A DNA stretch of 43,700 nucleotides, from the sequence record SRR31156797_8471; one strand, written 5' to 3'. A program made the translations under genes and the position numbers. Under the pieces are notes generated by a model. It searched no databases. It was given only the letters and a program-made list of their open reading frames with translations, and was not told the origin of the DNA. Shown piece by piece: positions 1-10,722 of this stretch. Every line of letters begins with the position of its first letter. The first letter of the stretch is position 1.

Positions 1-37
1 AATGAACAGAAACTTATGTAGATTGGTATTATATACG

Positions 38-100
38 GCAAAAACAAAAATCCCCACCGACATGGTGGGGGAATGGAGAGAATAACAAGTCATTATTATT
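38..100 (-). ncRNA. Candidate small RNA downstream of spf (VSsrna24-like), boundaries approximate
   Basis: ORF-free stretch ending in a minus-strand intrinsic terminator (CCCCACC-ATGTC-GGTGGGG then ATTTTTGTTTTT, 40-70), with a possible -10 TACAAA at 105-110. A short sRNA downstream of spf is known in Vibrionaceae; identity inferred from position only. Confidence 0.45.
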
Positions 101-406
101 ATGGTTTGTAGCATTCCTCAAACCCGTTCCAATTTCAATATCACCCGATCACGAAAAACACCTTAAGTGAACCATATCCCATCAAACTGTTTATATTCAG
201 ATAGTTAAATCAAGAACACTCAAATTCGGCCCATAATAATGGACTAATGTTTTTTGACATAAAGTGACATTTTCTTACAGAACTGATTTTAGAATTCAGA
301 TTAAAAAAGATTAACCACGTCAAAATCTAACTAAATGACAGGGGATGGAAAGATAATTAGCGTGAATCAATGAAGATAAATAGGTGGGGGAATTTTTCTA
401 GCGCAC

Positions 407-514
407 AAGAAAAAACGCCCCAGTCAAAAGCTGACTGGGGCGGCTGAATCAGCCTAATCCAATAACGTGAAACAAAAGGTCTGAAAGATAGAACATCTTA
501 CCTCTGTACCCTAC
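407..514 (-). ncRNA. spf: Spot 42 sRNA
   Basis: Reverse complement begins GTAGGGTACAGAGGTAAGATGTTCTATCTTTCAGACCTTTT and ends in the CGCCCCAGTCA...TGACTGGGGCGTTTTTT terminator; canonical position downstream of polA; -10 TACATT at 522-527. Confidence 0.97.
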
Positions 515-689
515 GAGAGTTAATGTACAACAAGTGGTCAGAAATTAAAACAATTTTTGTAATTTATTTTCATTAAATTTTTGTTAAGCAACATAAGCAA
601 TTGAATTAAGATTATTTTTTTACAGGTAAAAATAAAGCCAGCGATGTGCGCTGGCTCATATTTATATGATTTTTTGACGAGTTATACCG

Positions 690-3482
690 TTAGTGTGCCT
701 GTTCCCAGTTATCACCGTGGCCCGCTTCAGCCACTAAAGGAACAGCCAAAGATGCTGCAGATTCCATCAATTGTTGTACTTTACTTTCAATTTCGGATAA
801 AGCCGTCTCTTCAACTTCAAACACCAATTCATCGTGTACTTGCATAATAAGCTTAACTCGACCATCACCCTCTTCTCGAATCCATTCATCCACCAACAAC
901 ATCGCCTTTTTGATAATGTCGGCAGCCGTTCCCTGCATTGGCGCGTTAATCGCCGCTCGCTCTGCCGCTTTACGACGCATACCATTACGAGACTTGATTT
1001 CAGGTAGGTGTAAACGACGGCCATAGATGGTTTCAACATACCCCTGCTCTGATGCCGCACTACGTGTATCTTCCATATATTGCATCACGCCTGGGTATCG
1101 TTCGAAGTAAGTATCCATATAGGTTTGCGCTTCTCCACGAGGGATACCCAGCTGTTTCGCCAAGCCAAACGCGCTCATACCGTAGATAAGGCCGAAGTTA
1201 ACCGCTTTAGCACGACGACGCTGCTCACTCGTCACCTGATCGATACTGATCCCCAAGATCTCTGCCGCTGTCGCTGCGTGGATATCTTTACCTTGTTGGA
1301 AAGCTTCCAACAACGCTTTGTCACCCGACAGGTGAGCCATGATTCTTAGCTCGATTTGTGAGTAGTCGACAGCCATGACTTTCCAACCATGTGGCGCAAC
1401 AAATGCTTGGCGAATACGGCGACCTTCTTCATTACGAATTGGGATGTTCTGTAAGTTTGGATCAGTCGAGGATAAGCGACCTGTCGCGGTTACTGCCTGA
1501 TGATAAGAAGTGTGCACACGACCGGTGATTGGGTTAATCATCTTAGGTAGTTTGTCGGTGTAAGTTGATTTCAGCTTGGCTAAACCACGGTACTCCAGAA
1601 TCACTTTTGGTAATGGATAATCTAAGGCCAGCTCTTGCAACACTTCTTCATTGGTTGACGGTGTGCCTGATGGCGTTTTCTTAACCACTGGCAGCTTCAT
1701 CTGTTCAAACAGAATCGTTTGCAGCTGTTTTGGTGAACTTAAATTGAATTCCTGACCTGCAATATCAAACGCTTTTTTCTCGAGTTCATCCAAGCGTTGA
1801 GTGATCTCTTGAGATTGAGTGCCTAGCAGCATGTCATTGATCAGCACACCCGTACGTTCAATTCGGGAAATCACTGGAACCAGTGGCATCTCGATATCAC
1901 GATAGATCGTCAGTAGTTTTTCATCCTGTTCAATCATCGGCCAGATACGGTTATGCAAACGCAGGGTCACATCAGCATCTTCCGCAGCATAAGGTGCAGC
2001 CTGCTCAAGCTCAATTTGGTTAAAGGTTAACTGTTTCTTACCTTTGCCAGCAATTTGCTCGAAGGAGATACAGCTGTGCTGCATGAAACGTAACGCCAGA
2101 CTGTCCATATCATGCTTGCCACCCACGCTGTTATACACATACGAAGCCAACATGGTGTCGTGCTCAATACCACGCATTTCAATGTCATAACGCGCTAATA
2201 CGCTTGCGTCATATTTTAAATTCTGTCCAACTTTGTGCTTTGATTCGTCTTCAAGGATCGGTTTTAGCTGAGCTAACACCCAATCTCTGTCTAATTGCTC
2301 TGGCGCATCTAAATAATCATGAGCAACAGGAACGTAAGCCGCCTCGCCTTCTGCCACCGCAAAAGAGAGCCCCACCAGATTAGCTACCATGTAGTCTAGG
2401 CTGTCTGTTTCAGTATCGAATGCAAACAGCTCTGCTGACTGTAACTTGCTTAACCAGGTGTTAAATGTTTTTTCATCGAGAATGGTTTGGTACTGACTGC
2501 GGTCAATTTTCACCGCAGAGGAATCAACCAAAGGTGCGGATGCGGCATTCGAAGATGAACTTGCACCAGATTTTTCCATGGCTTCAACCACACCAGTGCC
2601 ACCTTCCAGTAGCTCTGATAGCCATGATTTAAATGCCATCTTGCCGTAAAGCTCAATAAGAGCATCGCGATCCGGAGTCTGCTTGTGTAGTGACTCCGGC
2701 GTATTTTCTAGTTCCACATCGAGTTTGATGGTCGCCAGCTTATAAGACATGTAAGCATTTTCGCGGTTATCCTCGAGTTTCTTCGCCATGGTTTTAGAAC
2801 CACGGAAGCCAAGATCCGCGATCTTATCTAAATTCTCGTAAAGAGATTCCAATCCACCGATTCCTTGCAATAAGGCTGTCGCCGTTTTGTCACCCACACC
2901 TGGAACGCCCGGGATGTTATCCACTTTATCGCCCATCAACGCGAGGTAATCGATAATCAACTCTGGTGGGATACCGAATTTATCCACCACCCCTTCTCTG
3001 TCCATCACCACGTTGGTCATGGTGTTGATAAGAGTCACGTTGTCATCCACCAGCTGAGCCATATCTTTATCACCAGTACTAATCAGTACTGGCATTCCAG
3101 CTTGAGAAGCCTGAGAAGCTAGTGTGCCGATAACGTCATCTGCTTCTACGCCTTCAATGGAAAGCAGTGGTAATCCCATTGCGCGGATAATGTTGTGCAA
3201 AGGTTCAATCTGGCAGCGTAAATCGTCCGGCATCGGTGGACGGTTGGCTTTGTATTCAGAATACATTTCATCACGGAAAGTCTTACCTTTGGCATCGAAA
3301 ATCACCGCAATACGATCGGATGCAAACTGACGCATCATAGAGCGAACCATATTCACCACGCCGTAAATAGCATTGGTAGGAATATCTCCGTTACTCATAG
3401 TGCCAGGGTATGCATGAAATGCGCGATATAAATAAGAAGAGCCGTCGATCAAAATTAACGGGTTATCAGGGATACGAGCCAT
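690..3482 (-). CDS. polA: DNA polymerase I
   Basis: 5'-3' exonuclease ([16 protein letters not shown]), 3'-5' exonuclease (FDTET) and polymerase motifs ([28 protein letters not shown]). Start moved to the ATG at 3482 (MARIPDNP). Confidence 0.99.
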   Translation of the reverse strand: MARIPDNPLILIDGSSYLYRAFHAYPGTMSNGDIPTNAIYGVVNMVRSMMRQFASDRIAVIFDAKGKTFRDEMYSEYKANRPPMPDDLRCQIEPLHNIIRAMGLPLLSIEGVEADDVIGTLASQASQAGMPVLISTGDKDMAQLVDDNVTLINTMTNVVMDREGVVDKFGIPPELIIDYLALMGDKVDNIPGVPGVGDKTATALLQGIGGLESLYENLDKIADLGFRGSKTMAKKLEDNRENAYMSYKLATIKLDVELENTPESLHKQTPDRDALIELYGKMAFKSWLSELLEGGTGVVEAMEKSGASSSSNAASAPLVDSSAVKIDRSQYQTILDEKTFNTWLSKLQSAELFAFDTETDSLDYMVANLVGLSFAVAEGEAAYVPVAHDYLDAPEQLDRDWVLAQLKPILEDESKHKVGQNLKYDASVLARYDIEMRGIEHDTMLASYVYNSVGGKHDMDSLALRFMQHSCISFEQIAGKGKKQLTFNQIELEQAAPYAAEDADVTLRLHNRIWPMIEQDEKLLTIYRDIEMPLVPVISRIERTGVLINDMLLGTQSQEITQRLDELEKKAFDIAGQEFNLSSPKQLQTILFEQMKLPVVKKTPSGTPSTNEEVLQELALDYPLPKVILEYRGLAKLKSTYTDKLPKMINPITGRVHTSYHQAVTATGRLSSTDPNLQNIPIRNEEGRRIRQAFVAPHGWKVMAVDYSQIELRIMAHLSGDKALLEAFQQGKDIHAATAAEILGISIDQVTSEQRRRAKAVNFGLIYGMSAFGLAKQLGIPRGEAQTYMDTYFERYPGVMQYMEDTRSAASEQGYVETIYGRRLHLPEIKSRNGMRRKAAERAAINAPMQGTAADIIKKAMLLVDEWIREEGDGRVKLIMQVHDELVFEVEETALSEIESKVQQLMESAASLAVPLVAEAGHGDNWEQAH

Positions 3483-3607
3483 AGTTTTCTTTCCGATGAG
3501 AAACAATTGTGGCTTAGGATGCCATGACTCTGTTCAGGTTTCTATGTTGCCTTACTAAACCAACCACAACTCTATCGTTCAATTACTCACCAATGCTCAT
3601 TGGATTC

Positions 3608-3926
3608 TGTGGATAACTCTGTTTATATAATTTATCCACTGGTTATCCAAGCTGGATAAACATGTAAAATAGTTAACATAAGTTACTGTTTTATATGTAT
3701 ATAAATAAAGATCTAACTTTTCAAACACGATCCTTTCCCGATCCATGATTGTGGAAAAGGCACTCGGTGTCCTTTTAGTCACCTTGAGATCTTGATCCAA
3801 AATGAATGATGAAATTTCATAAGTTGCCGCATAATTCTTACACGATTTCGTACGGTCATAACCTAAATGGTGCAGCTAAAGTTTGAAAACGCCAACTCGA
3901 TTTTCAGCGTCATTTGTGGTGGATAA
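3608..3926. promoter_or_regulatory. Cluster of DnaA boxes and GATC sites upstream of polA
   Basis: TGTGGATAA 3608-3616 and TGTGGAAAA 3750-3758 fit TTWTNCACA; near matches at 3632-3640, 3643-3651, 3651-3659 and 3918-3926; five GATC sites between 3710 and 3797. Confidence 0.7.
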
Positions 3927-3933
3927 CTTCCAT

Positions 3934-4140
3934 AAAAAAAGCGACATCATCTGATGTCGCTTAGCAATATTAGGTACAAACTGAATTACAACTTTCAGCC
4001 TGACCATAAAGCCTAAAAATTACACTGGAAGCAATGTGAGCAATGTCGTGTCAAAAAGAATAGGCTAGTTCGTTAAGTGATTAGCCCATCAACAGAAGCT
4101 GGTAAGCCAGTCCTTATGAATGTCACTTATTCCCTAAGAC
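3934..4140 (-). ncRNA. ryhB: RyhB iron-responsive sRNA (long Vibrio form)
   Basis: Conserved core CACGACATTGCTCACATTGCTTCCAGTGTAAT (reverse of about 4018-4050), terminator AAGCGACATCA...TGATGTCGCTTTTTTT, and a Fur-boxed promoter immediately upstream. Confidence 0.93.
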
Positions 4141-4147
4141 AGGTTTA

Positions 4148-4201
4148 ATAATAATGATTCTCATTTAACTGTCAACATCTAAATGAGAAAAAATCTCATT
4201 T
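4148..4201 (-). promoter_or_regulatory. ryhB sigma70 promoter with overlapping Fur box(es)
   Basis: -35 TTGACA (4170-4175), -10 TATTAT (4148-4153); AATAATGATTCTCATTTAA (4150-4168) matches the 19-bp Fur consensus at 13/19; second AAATGAGA-N5-TCTCATTT palindrome at 4181-4201. Confidence 0.85.
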
Positions 4202-4633
4202 ATTTTTTAACTGCTTCACAAAATGAATTCTGCTCTCTAAAAGAGGCTCATACGGTTCAAAGTACTCAATCAGGTAATCGTTTCTCAACAGTAATCTGAG
4301 CATGGCTGGAAATTGATTACGAGACTTAACCTTAAGTTGTTGATAACCTTTACTTACCACCCATAACTCTTGCTCATCTAACATCTTTTGCGCTAGCCCC
4401 ATTTTCCGGGCTTTAGGCGAAACACCACCAAACCAGCTGTAAAAAGTATCTGAATCCAACTCATAACCAATTTTGAATCCCAAAATTTGTCCCTGCTGCT
4501 CCGCAACCAAAATTAAATGGCGTTTTCCTTCTAAGCGCTCAGAAAGCGTCTGCTCGTTCTCCTTAGCAATGAATTCCTCGATTTCAGCAACCACTTCCAC
4601 CACTTCTGCCAGAGTGCCTTTTCGTATCTTCAT
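4196..4633 (-). CDS. GNAT family N-acetyltransferase
   Basis: Acetyl-CoA motif GGVSPKARKMGLA; start placed at the ATG at 4633 behind a GGAG RBS. Confidence 0.85.
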   Translation of the reverse strand: MKIRKGTLAEVVEVVAEIEEFIAKENEQTLSERLEGKRHLILVAEQQGQILGFKIGYELDSDTFYSWFGGVSPKARKMGLAQKMLDEQELWVVSKGYQQLKVKSRNQFPAMLRLLLRNDYLIEYFEPYEPLLESRIHFVKQLKNK

Positions 4634-4649
4634 ATTTGCTCCAAAAAAC

Positions 4650-4673
4650 AAAAAGGCTGGTCAATACCAGCCT
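4650..4673 (-). terminator. Intrinsic terminator after hemB
   Basis: AGGCTGGT-ATTG-ACCAGCCT hairpin followed by TTTTGTTTTTT on the minus strand. Confidence 0.7.
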
Positions 4674-4693
4674 CAAGTCACTAAGGTATAAAA

Positions 4694-5788
<1,095 letters not shown>

Positions 5789-5940
5789 TTATTAGGGTCT
5801 GCTGACCTTAGATACAGACGAAATCATATCACTCTCAAGTTATGGCGCTAGGGACAAATCAACAAAAAATGATTACAAGCTCACACTCACGTATACTGCC
5901 CATGAAAAAGCGACAGAGACTTATACAGAGAGACAGCACC

Positions 5941-6702
5941 ATGATTGATACCCACGCCCATATTTATGCCAGCGAGTTTGATAATGACCGAGATGACGTC
6001 GTTCAACGCGCATTGGAACAAGGTATCAACCAGATTCTTCTACCTAACATCGATCTGGAATCTATTGAACCTATGCTGGCTACTGAAGCCGCTTACCCTG
6101 AAATCTGCCGCTCGATGATGGGCCTCCATCCTTGCTATGTAGATGCGAATGTAAACCAAACACTGGCAACCATTCGTTCATGGTTTGAAAAGCATAACTT
6201 CATCGCCGTTGGTGAAATTGGTATCGACCTGTACTGGGATAAAACCTTTCGTGCCGAACAAGAAATGGCATTTGTGACCCAGCTTAATTGGGCAAAAGAG
6301 ATGAACTTACCCGTGGTGATTCATACCCGGGATTCCATCGAAGAAACCTTAGCGTTGTTGCGTCAGGAACAAGACGGGTCGCTACGTGGCGTGTTCCACT
6401 GCTTTGGCGGTAGTGTTGAAGAAGCAAAAGCAATTAACGAGTTAGGTTTTCATCTTGGCTTAGGCGGTGTTTCAACGTTTAAAAATGGTGGTATGGATAA
6501 AGTGATCCCTCACCTTGATCTAGACTACATTATTTTAGAAACCGACTGCCCTTACCTTGCACCAGTACCGCACCGCGGTAAACGTAACGAGCCAGCTTAT
6601 ACTCAACTGGTGGCGAAAAGAGTAGCAGAGCTGCGTGAAATGACGATTGAAGAAGTGGATAACATCACCACTGGCAATGCCAAGAAGCTATTTAATTTAT
6701 AG
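5941..6702 (+). CDS. tatD: TatD family metal-dependent DNase
   Basis: MIDTHAH start, GLHP, AVGEIGID, IHTRD, HCF, LETDCPYL, RNEP motifs. Which TatD paralogue it is remains uncertain. Confidence 0.9.
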   Translation: MIDTHAHIYASEFDNDRDDVVQRALEQGINQILLPNIDLESIEPMLATEAAYPEICRSMMGLHPCYVDANVNQTLATIRSWFEKHNFIAVGEIGIDLYWDKTFRAEQEMAFVTQLNWAKEMNLPVVIHTRDSIEETLALLRQEQDGSLRGVFHCFGGSVEEAKAINELGFHLGLGGVSTFKNGGMDKVIPHLDLDYIILETDCPYLAPVPHRGKRNEPAYTQLVAKRVAELREMTIEEVDNITTGNAKKLFNL

Positions 6703-6704
6703 AC

Positions 6705-6740
6705 AAAAGAAAGCCCTCATCGAATCAGACTTGAGGGCTT
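6705..6740. terminator. Terminator between convergent tatD and cytochrome b genes
   Basis: AAGCCCTCA (6711-6719) / TGAGGGCTT (6732-6740) stem with an A-rich left flank. Confidence 0.65.
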
Positions 6741-6788
6741 GATACTTAATGAGCCAAAGAAGTTAAACTTTTATACCTTTCACTTTAA

Positions 6789-7367
6789 TCAATGTTCCTC
6801 CTCATAGCCTGTAATCATGGTTTTAATATGACTGGTTGGCGTTGGGCCCGTCGTTGTCATGTATATATGCCCTATCAAGAACACCACAAACAAGAACGCC
6901 ACCAACAAATGCAACCCAGACAATCCGCCCAGCGGAATCACTTCAATACCAAAAGGATGAAGTAGTAACAGAGCGCCTGAAACCCAAATCAGCGGTGCGA
7001 GTATTAACTTAAATCCCAAGTAGAAGAAGCGTTGTAGCGGATTGTGTTTTCTCTCAGGAGTCGCACTGTATGGGTGTTTCTGTCCAAGGAAAATCCCACG
7101 AACATAAAAACCTATAACGGCTGAAAGCTTCTCTGTGGTTGGAATGTACTGACGCCACTCTCCTGTGGTGAAGTGCCAGAAAATAGCAAACAGCCACAAC
7201 ACAACGAGTGTCAATGCACATACCTCATGCCAGAACATCGCGCCTTCAAAGCCTAACCACTGATAAGAGCTATGAATTTCGAACCCAGTCGCTATCATTA
7301 CGATAATGAGCAAGCTTTGCGCCCAGTGCCAGAAGCGTTCAAAACGTTTATAAACCATATGACGCAT
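6789..7367 (-). CDS. Di-heme cytochrome b membrane subunit (PhsC / hydrogenase cytochrome b-like)
   Basis: Four hydrophobic helices with His ligands (RFWHW, FWHE, GLHL, IGHIY), HNPLQR motif; 3 bp downstream of the octaheme cytochrome. Confidence 0.85.
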   Translation of the reverse strand: MRHMVYKRFERFWHWAQSLLIIVMIATGFEIHSSYQWLGFEGAMFWHEVCALTLVVLWLFAIFWHFTTGEWRQYIPTTEKLSAVIGFYVRGIFLGQKHPYSATPERKHNPLQRFFYLGFKLILAPLIWVSGALLLLHPFGIEVIPLGGLSGLHLLVAFLFVVFLIGHIYMTTTGPTPTSHIKTMITGYEEEH

Positions 7368-7370
7368 AAC

Positions 7371-8960
7371 TTACTCCTTACCTTGTGGGTGACGGGAGAA
7401 CAACCGTAGCAAGCCATGAACAACCACACCTAGCAGAGTTAAAGCAACTAACCACCATAAGTATTGGCTATTACCACCCAAAGCATCGTCTCGACCCGGA
7501 ATATAGAAACCCGCAATTTTCGCCATTCTCCCCTCTTTGCTATGGCAAGCCTCACACTCCAGTGCTTTCTCTGCGGGTGCAACCATGTGAGTGATTGGGA
7601 AGTGATAGTCCGTATTCACAAAAGCCAGTTCACCACCAAACTCTAAACCACTGGCCGCCATACCGGCTGTCGCCGCAGCATTCCAATCGTAAGATTTCCA
7701 GTAAGCCGCATCGTCTTTACCAAACAAATGTGGTGTAACAATGAGCTGATTCACAACATCGTAAGGCTGTTTACCTTTCATCACTTTAAATGGCCAAATT
7801 CGAGTATCTTCTTCACCACAGCGGCCCTGCACTTTAGTCAACTCAATCACACCCTCTGCATTCGGGGTAACTTTTTCTCCCACCGTGGTGTAGTCGATTT
7901 CACCGTTAAAGCATTCATAGGTTGGCACCACATTTTTCTGCCAGACAAAATCACCTTTCTTAGGATCGTAAAGTGGATTGCCCCACTGATCTTTGTCTTT
8001 AGGACGCTTTTTATCGCCAGCGGTCGACCAATCCCAAAAAGTTTTGGTCGCTTTTTCACGCGCGTACTCAGGAATATGGCAGGTTTGGCAGGCAACATTC
8101 GCGACATGCTGATTAAGCCGAATCGCTTCACGAGAACCTTGGTGAGGCTCTGCACTATGGCAGGATTCACAGGTTGCACGACTCATATCCGTGTGGCCGG
8201 GAATATCGATACCTGAGGTATCTTTGGCATTCATTGAGTAGCGAGAGCCTTGAGTAATATGAGCACTGGTCGTATGGCAATCCTGACACATCAAATTCGC
8301 GCCATCTTTCGCTAAATGAACATCCAACTCTGGGGAGGCCGTATTCAGACTGGAATCCATATCCCCATGCTTAACCGCATCACCACCACCCCCAAAGAAG
8401 TGGCAACTACCACAGTTTTTCACTTCTGGGTTAGCAACGCTTTTGGCGGATTGCGCGAGATCAACCGCGGGCAGTATTTTCCCAGAACCTTTTGGCCACT
8501 CAGTATCCACATAGTTTGGGTGCCCGGCGGCAGTAGGAAATTTTCGATATTGACCGGATTGATCATGACAAACCAAGCAATCAATGCTTTCTTGCTTGGT
8601 GAAGTCGAAACTATCGTCTTTCCAACCATAGCCTGTGTGACAACTAGTACAGCGTGGTTCATTAGAACTGGTAGAAATACAGAAGTTATTGACAACATTC
8701 TTCTTGCCGTATACTTCATCTGAGCTGGTTTGTTTATGCTCCCATGTCCAATGCGTTGATGCCTGAATTTGCTCACCCGCCTCAGTGTGGCACTCTAAAC
8801 ACGCTTGCGTCACTTCCTGAGCTTTGTGAAATGGCCCATTTAGTTGCTCAAACGTTTTGTGATCAGCGGTCGATGCATGTGACAAAGACACAAATGCACC
8901 CAGAGCAATCAACAGTATTGTAGGGATCTGTCTAATATTTATTATTTTCATTCCGAACAT
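7371..8960 (-). CDS. Octaheme c-type cytochrome, tetrathionate reductase (OTR) family
   Basis: Eight CxxCH motifs (CLECH, CTSCH, CLVCH, CGSCH, CQDCH, CESCH, CQTCH, CEACH), NNFC and GGGDAVKHGD motifs, N-terminal signal peptide, C-terminal TM anchor. Confidence 0.88.
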   Translation of the reverse strand: MFGMKIINIRQIPTILLIALGAFVSLSHASTADHKTFEQLNGPFHKAQEVTQACLECHTEAGEQIQASTHWTWEHKQTSSDEVYGKKNVVNNFCISTSSNEPRCTSCHTGYGWKDDSFDFTKQESIDCLVCHDQSGQYRKFPTAAGHPNYVDTEWPKGSGKILPAVDLAQSAKSVANPEVKNCGSCHFFGGGGDAVKHGDMDSSLNTASPELDVHLAKDGANLMCQDCHTTSAHITQGSRYSMNAKDTSGIDIPGHTDMSRATCESCHSAEPHQGSREAIRLNQHVANVACQTCHIPEYAREKATKTFWDWSTAGDKKRPKDKDQWGNPLYDPKKGDFVWQKNVVPTYECFNGEIDYTTVGEKVTPNAEGVIELTKVQGRCGEEDTRIWPFKVMKGKQPYDVVNQLIVTPHLFGKDDAAYWKSYDWNAAATAGMAASGLEFGGELAFVNTDYHFPITHMVAPAEKALECEACHSKEGRMAKIAGFYIPGRDDALGGNSQYLWWLVALTLLGVVVHGLLRLFSRHPQGKE

Positions 8961-9036
8961 ACCTTCCTGGTAAATTAGAACTTGCTTATATAATTAGACA
9001 AAACGAATGTGATTGCGAAAGCAGAATGGCGAACAC

Positions 9037-9050
9037 TTGTTTTAAATCAA
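9037..9050. promoter_or_regulatory. FNR box upstream of the octaheme cytochrome operon
   Basis: TTGTT-TTAA-ATCAA versus consensus TTGAT-N4-ATCAA (9/10). Confidence 0.6.
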
Positions 9051-9130
9051 GTTATTGTTCAAAAAACAGCCAGCAATGAGAAAGATCGTAAAACTGTGAT
9101 AACTACAGGGTTTTACTGAAAGATAGGTAC

Positions 9131-9156
9131 AAAAAAAGGAGCATTCGCTCCTTTTT
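9131..9156 (-). terminator. Intrinsic terminator after tatC
   Basis: AAAAAAAGGAGC-ATTC-GCTCCTTTTT hairpin with A/T tracts on both sides. Confidence 0.8.
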
Positions 9157-9177
9157 AAAATCCGTTCCAACCTGAAA

Positions 9178-9927
9178 CTACTCTTCGATTTCTTGCTCTT
9201 CCGTTTCTTTTTTGGTGTAGAAACGAGCAAAGATTAATCCAACCTCAAACAGTAAACACATAGGAATGGCCAGCAAGGTTTGAGAGATCATATCTGGCGG
9301 AGTCAACATCATACCCACAACAAAGGCTATCACTATGATATAAGGACGCTTAGACGCTAACGCCTTCGGGGTGGTTGCACCTGTCCAACACAACAAACAA
9401 ATAGCGACAGGAACCTCAAACGCGATGCCAAAAGCTAAAAACAGTGCCAAGACGAAATCAAGATAGCTAGCGATATCGGTGGCGATTTCTACTCCACCCA
9501 ATGCAATGGCAGTAAAGAAGCCAAATACCAATGGGAATACCACGAAATAAGCAAACGCCACACCACAGTAGAACAATAATGAACTTGAAAATAGCAGTGG
9601 GAAGATCAAGCGACGTTCATGCTTATACAAGCCAGGTGCAACAAACGCCCACACCTGATACAAGATATAAGGAACAGAAAGGAACACCGCAACAACCAAG
9701 GTTAATTTCAACGGGGTAAAGAATGGTGACGCGACATCAGTCGCAATCATGGTAGCTCCCTCAGGCAGGCGCTCTACCAAGGGCTGAGAAACAAACTCAT
9801 AGATCTCATTTGAGAAATATATTAAACCCAAAAATACCACCAATACACCCGCAACACTGTGTAATAAACGATTTCTGAGCTCAAGAAGATGAGTGATTAA
9901 AGGTTGTGCCTGTTCGACAGAAGACAT
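9178..9927 (-). CDS. tatC: Twin-arginine translocase subunit TatC
   Basis: [29 protein letters not shown] motifs; start set at MSSVEQ. Confidence 0.97.
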   Translation of the reverse strand: MSSVEQAQPLITHLLELRNRLLHSVAGVLVVFLGLIYFSNEIYEFVSQPLVERLPEGATMIATDVASPFFTPLKLTLVVAVFLSVPYILYQVWAFVAPGLYKHERRLIFPLLFSSSLLFYCGVAFAYFVVFPLVFGFFTAIALGGVEIATDIASYLDFVLALFLAFGIAFEVPVAICLLCWTGATTPKALASKRPYIIVIAFVVGMMLTPPDMISQTLLAIPMCLLFEVGLIFARFYTKKETEEQEIEE

Positions 9928-9989
9928 TGGAACCTCAATTAACAGATCATAAAGAGCCACCGACAGCGATGACTCTTTACTTTAATAAT

Positions 9990-10397
9990 TTAGTCGGCTT
10001 TCTTTTCTGCCGATTTTTGCTCGTCTTTGGCAAGCAAAGGATGAGTGTCAGCATTATCTGCTGCTGTGTCTGCTGGTTTATCGACTTGCTGAGTATGTTC
10101 AGCAGAAGCGTAAGGTCGTTGAACATCTTGCGCCGCTTGCTTTAGCTTATCGACGGATTCCTGTAACTCAGGGGAGAGATTCTTCATTCCCATCTGCTCG
10201 GCTTTACGCAAGTTTTCTTGTAGCTCTTGCACCTTAAGCTCATGGGAAAGTTCATCTTTAACACTGTTTGCCATACTTTTCGCAGCGCCAACAAATTTGG
10301 TCACACTGCGAATAGCGTGAGGTAAACGTTCAGGACCCAGTACCACCAAAGCAACGATAGATATTAATACCAGCTCCCAAAAACCGATATCGAACAC
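9990..10397 (-). CDS. tatB: Twin-arginine translocase subunit TatB
   Basis: MFDIGFWEL...VVLGPERLP N-terminus. Confidence 0.97.
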   Translation of the reverse strand: MFDIGFWELVLISIVALVVLGPERLPHAIRSVTKFVGAAKSMANSVKDELSHELKVQELQENLRKAEQMGMKNLSPELQESVDKLKQAAQDVQRPYASAEHTQQVDKPADTAADNADTHPLLAKDEQKSAEKKAD

Positions 10398-10400
10398 TCT

Positions 10401-10655
10401 TTATGCCTGCTCTTTATCTTTTTTGGTTTCAGTTGAAGCATCTGAAGCGTCTGTTTTTTGCTGCTCCAAATTCTTTGGCTCAAAATCAGCATCTTTACTT
10501 TCTGCTGGTTTATCTTCCTCTTCAGACATCGCTTTCTTAAAGCCTTTTACAGCACCGCCCAAGTCACCGCCAATACCACGAAGTTTCTTTGTTCCAAACA
10601 ATAGAATCACAATGACAGCAATGATAAGAAGTTGCCAAATACTAATACCACCCAT
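10401..10655 (-). CDS. tatA: Twin-arginine translocase subunit TatA
   Basis: [26 protein letters not shown]; start at the ATG at 10655. Confidence 0.97.
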   Translation of the reverse strand: MGGISIWQLLIIAVIVILLFGTKKLRGIGGDLGGAVKGFKKAMSEEEDKPAESKDADFEPKNLEQQKTDASDASTETKKDKEQA

Positions 10656-10722
10656 TATTCTCACCTCGTTATACTCTATTCCAATGAGTATATTTTATTT
10701 ATAAATTTCAATTAACCCGCGT

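Noticed and set aside
3597-3800. 67-aa ORF in the polA upstream region
   Set aside because: TTG start, no RBS, and it overlaps the DnaA-box cluster; better explained as regulatory DNA.
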